A DNA stretch of 64,000 bases, from NCBI GenBank assembly GCA_026393865.1, contig JAPKZI010000234.1, positions 288-64,287 on the forward strand. The letters run 5' to 3'. Source of the DNA: Candidatus Aminicenantes bacterium (GTDB taxonomy: Bacteria > Acidobacteriota > Aminicenantia > Aminicenantales > UBA4085). The notes beneath the pieces are model-generated. The model was given only the letters and a program-made list of their open reading frames with translations, searched no databases and had not been told where the DNA came from. This document shows, in pieces, positions 53,103 through 60,264 of the stretch (positions within the stretch are counted from its first letter, which is position 1; each line of letters starts with the position of its first letter). A program made the position numbers and the translations under genes.

Positions 53103-55270
53103 AGAAGATCGCTCTCGTGATTGTCCTAGCCCTGGGGGCGTGGGCTTGCGCGGGCCTCAGCTCGCAGTACCGGTTGGGCACGCAGTCCGAGATGAACAAG
53201 AAGTGGGACGAGGCCATCCAGTATTACGAAAAGGCCAGCCTGGAGAACCCCAAGGAGTCTGTCTACCGTCTGGCCTTGGACCGGGCCAAATTCTCGGCCA
53301 GCCTCTATCATCTCCAGGAGGGGCGCCGGTACGCCGCCCTCGGCAAGAAGGAAGAGGCCAAGGCCGCCTACGCCAAAGCCGTTTTCTACAATCCGCGGGA
53401 CACGGCCATCGTCAGGGAGGCCCAGGCGGCGGTCGCGGAAGCCCCCAAAGAGGCGGCGCCCAAGTCGGAGAAGATCGAGTTCCCCATCAAGCTCAAATCC
53501 AAGGAAGAGAGCCTGATGCTCAAGTTCCCCGTCGAGACAAGCCTCAAGTCGATCTTCCTCGCTCTCGGAAAAACGGCCGGCATCAGCCTCGTCTTCGACG
53601 AGCAGTTCCGCGACATCCCCTTCACCACGGACCTGACCAACATGACAGTCGAGAAAGCCATCCGCTCTCTCTGCGTGGCGACGAAGAACTTCTACCGGAT
53701 CCTCGACGAGCGGACGGTGATGATCATCCCCGACCAGCAGATGAAGAGGATGCAGTACGAGGTCAACTGCATCAGGACCTTCTATATCTCCAATGTCGGC
53801 GCCCAGGAGATGCTGGGCTCGCTCTCGACGATGCTTCGCTCGGCGACCAAGGTCCCCTCCATCATCGCCGACAAGACCCTCAACACCCTGACCATCCGGG
53901 GGACGCCGCAGGAGGTGGAACTGGCCGAAAAGCTCATCCGGCTCTGGGACAAGCCCAAGGGCGAGGTCGTCATCGACCTGGAGATCATGGAGGTCTCGCG
54001 GCTCAAGCTCAGGCAGCTGGGGGTCAGCTTCGACCAGAACACGATCGGCCTCCGATACGGCGCTCCGCCGACGTCGACCGGTACGACCACGGACACGACC
54101 TCGACCTCGGGCTGGTTCAACCTGAAAGGCCTCGATTTCTCCAAAGCCGAAAATTTTTCGATCAGCCTGCCCGTCTCGTTCCTCCAGTTCCTGGAGTCGG
54201 ACACGGACACCAAGGTCATCGCCCAGCCGCGCCTCCGCGGCCTCTCGGACGAGGACATGCGGCACCTCGTCGGTCAGAAGATCCCCATCCCGCGGACGAC
54301 GTTCTCGCCGTTCGCGGCGGGCGGCTACGCCTCGCAGCCGCTGACGAACTTCGAACAGCAGGACGTCGGCATCGAGATCAAGATCAAGCCGACGGTCCAT
54401 CAAGAGAGGGAAGTGACGCTCGAACTCGAGCTGAAGGTCACCTCGATCGGGGGCAAGGGCTACGCCGACATTCCGATCATCAACACCCGGGAGGTCAAGA
54501 ACAAACTCCGCCTCCGGGACGGCGAGACGAACCTCATCGCCGGGTTGCTGCGGGACGAAGAGAGAAAAGCCCTCAAGGGCATCCCCTGGCTCAAGGACCT
54601 TCCTTTGCTGGGCCGGCTCTTCGGCGCGGAAGACTCGTCCCTCGAGCAGACCGATGTCATCCTCATGATCACGCCCTATATCATCCGCAGCATCCCCATG
54701 AGCCCGGACGACAGCAAGCCTCTCTGGGTGGATGTGGATGAGCCGGTGGCGGCCGCCGGCGTGGGAGGCATGTTCGAAGCGGACATCCTCGACCGCGAGC
54801 TCGACATGCGGGGCGCGGAGCGGGCGCTGCAGTCGATGCGGCCGCAGGCGAGGGGGGCGAACCAGGTCTCGCTCAGCCCGGTCAATTTCGAGCTGCGGCC
54901 CAAAATCGAATTCCGGATCTCGGTCAATCTCAACACCGACCAGGAGATCGGCAACATGTCCCTGGTCATCAATTACAATTCCAAGCTGATGAACCTCAAG
55001 GACGTGGCCGAGGGCGGGCTGACGCGGCAGTCCGGCGAGAAGGCGCCGTTCCTCAAGAACATCGACAACGCCTCGGGCGCTTGCACAATCGGGTTCTCCA
55101 GCCCGGGGACCGGAAAAGGCATCAAGGGCGGAGGGACCCTGGCGACTCTTCTCTTCGAATCGATGGAGCCGGGCGAAGGTTTTATCACCGTCTCCAGCGT
55201 GATGGCCACGGGCGCTACCGGCGGGAGCGTCAACCTGACCACCGGCCAATCCCGAATCGTCATCAGGTAA
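53099..55270 (+). CDS. Secretin (GspD/PilQ family) with N-terminal TPR region and C-terminal cohesin-like domain
   Basis: 723 aa with a lipoprotein-like signal (LALGAWAC) and TPR-like helices (WDEAIQYYEKA..., KEEAKAAYAKAVFYNP). It has N0/N1 secretin_N domains and a secretin core (LRDGETNLIAGLLRDEERKALKGIPWLKDLPLLGRLFG). The C-terminal ~150 aa is a beta-rich segment (VINYNSKLMNLKDVAEGG...GTLATLLFESMEPGEGFITVSS). Confidence 0.85.
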   Translation: MKKIALVIVLALGAWACAGLSSQYRLGTQSEMNKKWDEAIQYYEKASLENPKESVYRLALDRAKFSASLYHLQEGRRYAALGKKEEAKAAYAKAVFYNPRDTAIVREAQAAVAEAPKEAAPKSEKIEFPIKLKSKEESLMLKFPVETSLKSIFLALGKTAGISLVFDEQFRDIPFTTDLTNMTVEKAIRSLCVATKNFYRILDERTVMIIPDQQMKRMQYEVNCIRTFYISNVGAQEMLGSLSTMLRSATKVPSIIADKTLNTLTIRGTPQEVELAEKLIRLWDKPKGEVVIDLEIMEVSRLKLRQLGVSFDQNTIGLRYGAPPTSTGTTTDTTSTSGWFNLKGLDFSKAENFSISLPVSFLQFLESDTDTKVIAQPRLRGLSDEDMRHLVGQKIPIPRTTFSPFAAGGYASQPLTNFEQQDVGIEIKIKPTVHQEREVTLELELKVTSIGGKGYADIPIINTREVKNKLRLRDGETNLIAGLLRDEERKALKGIPWLKDLPLLGRLFGAEDSSLEQTDVILMITPYIIRSIPMSPDDSKPLWVDVDEPVAAAGVGGMFEADILDRELDMRGAERALQSMRPQARGANQVSLSPVNFELRPKIEFRISVNLNTDQEIGNMSLVINYNSKLMNLKDVAEGGLTRQSGEKAPFLKNIDNASGACTIGFSSPGTGKGIKGGGTLATLLFESMEPGEGFITVSSVMATGATGGSVNLTTGQSRIVIR

Positions 55271-55297
55271 GCTTGGACAAAGGAAAGGCCGCGGCGA

Positions 55298-55316
55298 CGG
55301 GGTCGGCCCCGGTTTT
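55298..55316 (+). terminator. Possible intrinsic terminator after the secretin gene
   Basis: cgggg-tcgg-ccccg (55298-55311) is followed by gtttt. The stem is short (5 bp), so support is modest. Confidence 0.35.
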
Positions 55317-55349
55317 GACTTTCGCTTCGTCCTCCCGTATCTTTAATTC

Positions 55350-56135
55350 ATGATCTTCATCTTGACGGGAGCGGTTGGGTCCGGGAAAACGACGTTCCTC
55401 CGCGGACTGGTCGATGAACTGCGCGCCTCGGGCATGCCTCTCGACGGATTTCTGAGCCTGAGAGTGATGATGGGCGGAGAAATCGGGGGATATGATCTGT
55501 TCGGAATTCGAGACGGTCAGTCCCAGCCGTTCCTCCGGCGGACGGGTCCCGGAGAGGCCCAGAGGGTCGGACCTTACGTCATGCTTCCCGCAGGGTTGGC
55601 CAAGGCGAACGAGATCATCCGGCGGAGCCGGGCCGGCGAACTTCTGATCGTGGACGAGATCGGCCTTCTCGAGCTCGAAGGCCGGGGTTTCTGGCACGCT
55701 CTCAAAGACGTGCTGTTCGATGAACAGCGGAGGTCTTTGGTCGTCGTCAGGGAAAGCCTGTTAGAGCAATTCCGGATCCTCTTCGCCCGGGTTCAGGTGA
55801 GTGTCTTTGAAAAGAAGGACTGGCCGGAGCTTTCGAATCTTCTGCGGGGCGCAGGCGGGTTCTCCGTCAAGATCAAATTCTTCGCCTATTTCCGGGAGAT
55901 GTTCGGGACAAAAGAAAAAGATCTGAACGCGCCCCCCGGTTCGTCCCTCCGCTCGGTTCTCGAGATCCTGGCTGATACGCCCGCCCGCCGGGCCGGGATC
56001 TTCGCCGGCGACGAGCTCCAACCTCACCTCGTGGTCATGATCAACGGAGCGGCCCTCCAGGCTTCGACCGGCTTGGAGACCGCGCTCAAGGGCGGCGATG
56101 TCGTGGCCATATTCCCCCTCATGGGCGGCGGATGA
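55350..56135 (+). CDS. Fusion of a P-loop NTPase (THEP1/DUF2478-like) with a MoaD/ThiS-type beta-grasp sulfur-carrier domain
   Basis: 261 aa with Walker A GAVGSGKTT at residues 7-15 and Walker B LLIVDEIG. The C-terminal ~85 aa (VKIKFFAYFREMFG...GDVVAIFPLMGGG*) ends in Gly-Gly like MoaD. Confidence 0.7.
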   Translation: MIFILTGAVGSGKTTFLRGLVDELRASGMPLDGFLSLRVMMGGEIGGYDLFGIRDGQSQPFLRRTGPGEAQRVGPYVMLPAGLAKANEIIRRSRAGELLIVDEIGLLELEGRGFWHALKDVLFDEQRRSLVVVRESLLEQFRILFARVQVSVFEKKDWPELSNLLRGAGGFSVKIKFFAYFREMFGTKEKDLNAPPGSSLRSVLEILADTPARRAGIFAGDELQPHLVVMINGAALQASTGLETALKGGDVVAIFPLMGGG

Positions 56136-56424
56136 GGCTCGCTCGAAGCGGGCGAACGCTCTCCTTGTCGCGGGTCCTGTTGACAAGATCGGAAAACGGC
56201 TTCGCTCCCGACTCGGGTTCTTAACGCCGTTTCCTCACCGTCCTTCTCGGCGACGAAGTCTTTGGTCGCCGCGTCGACCATTTGTATCAGCCGCCGATAA
56301 AACCGAACGATGCAGGCGGCAAGATTTCCGCCAGGGAGCGAGCTTCTTCCCCGAGCCCTCCTCCTTGTCAATAGGCCGCTGATTTAGTATCCTTTTAAAT
56401 CGAAGATTAAAGTAAGAAGCCAAG

Positions 56425-58278
56425 ATGCCTGAACCCCTCTACGGCTTTCACGGCCGCTATCTCGAGATCGATCTGACGAGGGGTGAATCCCGCGTCCGGC
56501 CGCTCGCGGCCGGCCTCATCGCCGATTATTTGGGGGGTCGCGGCCTGGCCACGCGTCTCTTCTATGACGCCGTCGATCCGCTCGTCGATCCCCTTGGCCC
56601 CGAGAATGTCTTCGTCATCGCCGCGTCGCCTTTGATCGGGACGAACGCCCCGACCGCCGGCCGCGGCCACATGGTCTTCAAATCCCCGCTCACTGGCGTC
56701 ATCGGGACCTCTAACTCGGGTGGGACGTGGGGCGCCGCGTTCAAGGCCACGGGCTATGACGCAGTCCTGGTCAAAGGACGCGCCCCGTCGCCCGTGTTCA
56801 TCGACATCACGCCCGAGCGGACGGAAATCGTGCCGGCGGACCGGCTTTGGGGTCTTGACGCCCACCAGACGACGGACGCCCTGACCGCGGATGTCGAGTC
56901 CGGCGTCCGGCCTAAAGTGCTGTGCATCGGCCCGGCCGGCGAGAACCTCGTCCGGATCGCCGCCGTCGTCAACGACAGGAACCGGGTCTACGGCCGCTGC
57001 GGCCCCGGGGCGGTCTGGGGAAGCAAGAACCTCAAGGCCATCCGCGTCGCGGGCAAGGCCAAGATCCAGGTCCACGATAAGGAGCGCTATCAGTCCGGCT
57101 ACGACCAGGCGCTCTACCTGATGAAGCAGGCGCCCGTGACCAAGCGCCTTTTACGCGAGCTCGGGACGTCGGGGCTCGTCGAATTGATCAACGTCATCAA
57201 CATGCTCCCGCACCGGAACTTCCAGGACAGCCTGCACGTCGAGGAGAACCTGGAGGCCATCTCCGGCGAGAGGCTGGCCAAGACCTTGCTCGAACGCGCC
57301 GGCGGTTGTTTCCTGTGTCCGATCGGCTGCCAGCGGCACACGCGGATCGAGTCGGAGGACGGCACGAGCGAGAAGGGCGAGGGCCCGGAGTATGAGACCG
57401 TGGTCATGATGGGCGCCGTCTGCGACATCTATGACCTCGAAGCGATCACCCGGGCGAACTACCGCTGCAACGAGCTCGGCCTCGACACGATGAGCTTCGG
57501 CGGCACGGTCGCCTGCGCCATGGAGCTTTTCGAGAGCGGCCGTCTGCGGCCCGAGGAGGCCGGCGGCTTGGACCTCCGCTTCGGGAACGCCGCCCTGCTG
57601 GAGCCGCTCGCCCGCGAGACGGCCGTCCGCCGGGGCGCCGGCGCGCTCATCGCCGAGGGCTCCTTCCGCCTGGCCGAACGGTGCGGACGGCCCGACCTGT
57701 CCATGTCCGTGAAAAGGCTCGAGATCCCCGGCTACGACCCTCGTGCCTCGTTCACCCAGGCCCTCGGCTACATGACCTCGCCGAGCGGCGCCTGCCATCT
57801 GCGCGGCGGTTACGCGGTCTCGCTGGCCTTCTTCGGCGGGACCAAGGAGATCCCCCGCTTCAGCCTCCTCCAGTCCCCCCTGTCGGTTCGCGCCATGCAA
57901 AACAAGGGCATCCTCCAGGACAGCCTGGGCGTCTGCCGCTTCACCGGCTTCGCTTTCGATGTCGGGCCCTGGGCCCGGATGATGACCGGGGTGACAGGCC
58001 TGGATTTCTCCGAAGCGAGGCTCGAAGAGATCGCCAATCGCATCGCGACGCTGGAGCGTTTGTTCAACGTCGAGGCGGGCGTGAGCGTCGAGGACGATCT
58101 CCTCCCGCCGCGGTTCAGCGAGATCCCGATCGTCGTCGCCGGCGAGGAACGGGTCGTTTCGCGCGACGCCCAGGAACGGATGCGGCGGGATTACTATATC
58201 GTCCGAGGCTGGGATGCGGATGGGCGGCCGACGGAGAGCACGCTCAGGGAGCTAGGGATCAGGAGGGGAAGATCATGA
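56425..58278 (+). CDS. aor: Aldehyde:ferredoxin oxidoreductase family (tungstopterin) enzyme
   Basis: 617 aa with the AFOR N-domain (GFHGRYLEIDLT...GGRGLA) and the [4Fe-4S]/pterin region (GGCFLCPIGC...GPEYETV). Confidence 0.9.
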   Translation: MPEPLYGFHGRYLEIDLTRGESRVRPLAAGLIADYLGGRGLATRLFYDAVDPLVDPLGPENVFVIAASPLIGTNAPTAGRGHMVFKSPLTGVIGTSNSGGTWGAAFKATGYDAVLVKGRAPSPVFIDITPERTEIVPADRLWGLDAHQTTDALTADVESGVRPKVLCIGPAGENLVRIAAVVNDRNRVYGRCGPGAVWGSKNLKAIRVAGKAKIQVHDKERYQSGYDQALYLMKQAPVTKRLLRELGTSGLVELINVINMLPHRNFQDSLHVEENLEAISGERLAKTLLERAGGCFLCPIGCQRHTRIESEDGTSEKGEGPEYETVVMMGAVCDIYDLEAITRANYRCNELGLDTMSFGGTVACAMELFESGRLRPEEAGGLDLRFGNAALLEPLARETAVRRGAGALIAEGSFRLAERCGRPDLSMSVKRLEIPGYDPRASFTQALGYMTSPSGACHLRGGYAVSLAFFGGTKEIPRFSLLQSPLSVRAMQNKGILQDSLGVCRFTGFAFDVGPWARMMTGVTGLDFSEARLEEIANRIATLERLFNVEAGVSVEDDLLPPRFSEIPIVVAGEERVVSRDAQERMRRDYYIVRGWDADGRPTESTLRELGIRRGRS

Positions 58279-59597
58279 TCCACCGCTCTTGGACGGTCCG
58301 AGAGGACATTCTTGAATTGTTCCGGTCCATCGGCCGGGCCTCGATGACTTACGACATCCAGGACAGCCACAGCGGCAACATGGCCATCCGTCTCCTGGAT
58401 GCGTCGGGCGGGGACCAGATCATCATCACCGCCACGGGATCGCAGAAGGGCGACCTCGATCCGAGCCAGATCTGTGTTCTCTCGGCGACGGAGACGGATT
58501 ACGGCTATTACAAGGCTTCCTCCGAGACCGACATCCATCAGCGCATCTTGAGCATCGAGGGCGTCCGCGCCTCGATCCATGCCCATACCAAAGACTTGAC
58601 CATCGCCACTCTCGACGACGCCGACAAGCCCAACCGTCCGCCGGATTTCGTGCCCATCGATCCTCTCGGTTTTCATCATCTCGGCGATCACGTCCACGTG
58701 GATTGGATCGCCGTGCCGAGCGGTTCGCCCGAGATGGCCGATCTCATCCCCAAGCGCCTGGCCGATCATCCGGCGACCGTCATTCAGGCTCACGGGACGT
58801 TTGCCCGGGGCCGGACTCTGAAGGAGGCCTTCTTCCTCCAGTGCGTCGCCAATAACGCCGGCGCGGTCATCAGGGCGGCGAAAACGCTGGATGTGAACGT
58901 CGAAGAGCTCCGGCGCCGGATGAAGGCCGACGCCGGCGCGTTCTTCGCTTATCCACCCGTTCCCTATGCCGTCGAAGGCGACGAATTCAGCGAATTTCCC
59001 GAGGAGTCCGAGATCCTCAAAGAATTCCACAAAACGGGGGCCCGCGTCTTCGAGTCGTGGCTGTCGCCGTTCCATACGGGGTCGATGTCGGTCCGCGGCG
59101 TAAGCGATCTGCTGTACGCTCCCAAGGCGTCCATGCCCCGCGACGTCGGCGGCCCGCTGCTTAAGGTCCCGCTGCGGCCCGACTCTTCAGATCCCCCCGA
59201 GCTTGCCCTGCACAAGACGATCTACGCCGAGACCGACTTTCAGACCGTGATGCACTGCTACCTGCCGGAGGCCGAGGCCTATGCCCATTTCCGCTATCCG
59301 GGGGAGGACGCGCCGGCGGACCGGATCGTGCCGATCGACGCCGAAGGGAGCTTCCTATACCTGGTCATTCCCGTTGTTCCGCCCAAGACCGACGCGGAAA
59401 CGCTCATCCGGCTGCTTCACGATTACAAGCTCGTGGTCGTCCGGGGCGGAGGGGTGTGGTCGGTCGGGAGCCAATCGCTGTCCGAGGTCCTTCACCATCC
59501 GTCCTCGCTGCGCGAGATCTGCCTTTATCGGATCGGCGCTTTCGAGCAGGGACTCGACCTGCGGAAGATGGAACCCAAGAAAGCGAAGAAGTGGTAA
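58275..59597 (+). CDS. Tandem class II aldolase/adducin-fold protein (second copy degenerate)
   Basis: The start is trimmed to MIHRSW (ATGA overlap with the aor stop). Domain 1 keeps FucA-type motifs SGNMA, TGSQKG, SSETDIH, IHAHT and AHGTF. Domain 2 has TGSMS, ELALH, MHCY and RGGGVW, so it lacks two metal-binding His. Confidence 0.75.
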   Translation: MIHRSWTVREDILELFRSIGRASMTYDIQDSHSGNMAIRLLDASGGDQIIITATGSQKGDLDPSQICVLSATETDYGYYKASSETDIHQRILSIEGVRASIHAHTKDLTIATLDDADKPNRPPDFVPIDPLGFHHLGDHVHVDWIAVPSGSPEMADLIPKRLADHPATVIQAHGTFARGRTLKEAFFLQCVANNAGAVIRAAKTLDVNVEELRRRMKADAGAFFAYPPVPYAVEGDEFSEFPEESEILKEFHKTGARVFESWLSPFHTGSMSVRGVSDLLYAPKASMPRDVGGPLLKVPLRPDSSDPPELALHKTIYAETDFQTVMHCYLPEAEAYAHFRYPGEDAPADRIVPIDAEGSFLYLVIPVVPPKTDAETLIRLLHDYKLVVVRGGGVWSVGSQSLSEVLHHPSSLREICLYRIGAFEQGLDLRKMEPKKAKKW

Positions 59598-59625
59598 GGA
59601 TTAAGGAACGCGGCGCGGGTCCTGC

Positions 59626-59708
59626 CACCGATCAGCCCCAGCGTTCTCGCTCCTCACCCACCTTCGGGGGGTCCCATCCGCTTCGAACGCTGGGGCGCCC
59701 GATCGGTG
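59626..59708. repeat. Long imperfect inverted repeat / hairpin in the aldolase-lutC spacer
   Basis: caccgatc-a-gccccagcgttc (59626-59646) pairs with gaacgctggggc-gcc-cgatcggtg (59685-59708). This gives 12 + 8 bp of pairing around a 38-nt loop. Confidence 0.5.
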
Positions 59709-59730
59709 TCACCCCCGCCGCATTTACTTA

Positions 59731-60264
59731 ATGATGATGAGTGCAAACGTAGAAAATTTCATCGCCAAGGCTCAGCTGGCCGGGGCTGAGGTCGAACAAT
59801 TCTGCACGATCCAAGACGCGGCGGATTTCCTCCAAACTTTTTTTCGGGAGAATAAGATCGAAACGGGGCTCATCTCCTCCGGCCTGAAAGCGGCCGGCCC
59901 ATTCGCCGAAGCGTTCCCCCATTTCGAGACGCGGCTGGCGCCGGAGTCCCTTTGGATCGAGGCCGGCCTGGTCGCCGCGGACCACGGCGTCGCCGAGACC
60001 GGCACGCTCGTCCATTTCGATCTGGGGGACGACGAAAAGAACGTCTGGACCCTTCCCGAGATCTGCCTCTGCCTTCTCGAGAAGGCGAAAATCGTTCCCG
60101 ACCTGGAAGCGCTTGCGCCGCGGATCGCCGGACACCTGTCCCGGACCGGCCTTCCCTCGCCGCAAGTCTCGCTCGTCACCGGGCCGAGCCGGACCGCCGA
60201 CATCGAATGTCAGCTGACCATCGGCGTCCACGGTCCCTCCAGATTGATCATTTTGCTCATATGA
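59731..60264 (+). CDS. lutC: LutC/YkgG-like LUD-domain protein
   Basis: 177 aa with the LUD-domain pattern (AADHGVAETGTLVH...PSRTADIE). It lies immediately upstream of, and overlapping, the LutB-like gene. Confidence 0.75.
   Translation: MMMSANVENFIAKAQLAGAEVEQFCTIQDAADFLQTFFRENKIETGLISSGLKAAGPFAEAFPHFETRLAPESLWIEAGLVAADHGVAETGTLVHFDLGDDEKNVWTLPEICLCLLEKAKIVPDLEALAPRIAGHLSRTGLPSPQVSLVTGPSRTADIECQLTIGVHGPSRLIILLI

Noticed and set aside
56024-56371. 115-aa minus-strand ORF in the same gap, overlapping the 3' end of the NTPase-MoaD gene.
   Set aside because: It overlaps a well-supported gene by more than 100 nt, is Arg/Pro/Ser-rich with no motif, and has no RBS. It is probably spurious.
56136-56424. 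Possible Moco/Wco riboswitch in the 289-bp gap upstream of the AOR gene (contains CCCCGAGCC and a ggcgg/ccgcc hairpin).
   Set aside because: The context is right and CCGAGCC resembles a conserved Moco-motif segment. However, I could not find the accompanying GGAAAGG-type element or the multi-stem architecture. It is worth an Infernal scan, but the sequence as read does not support the call.
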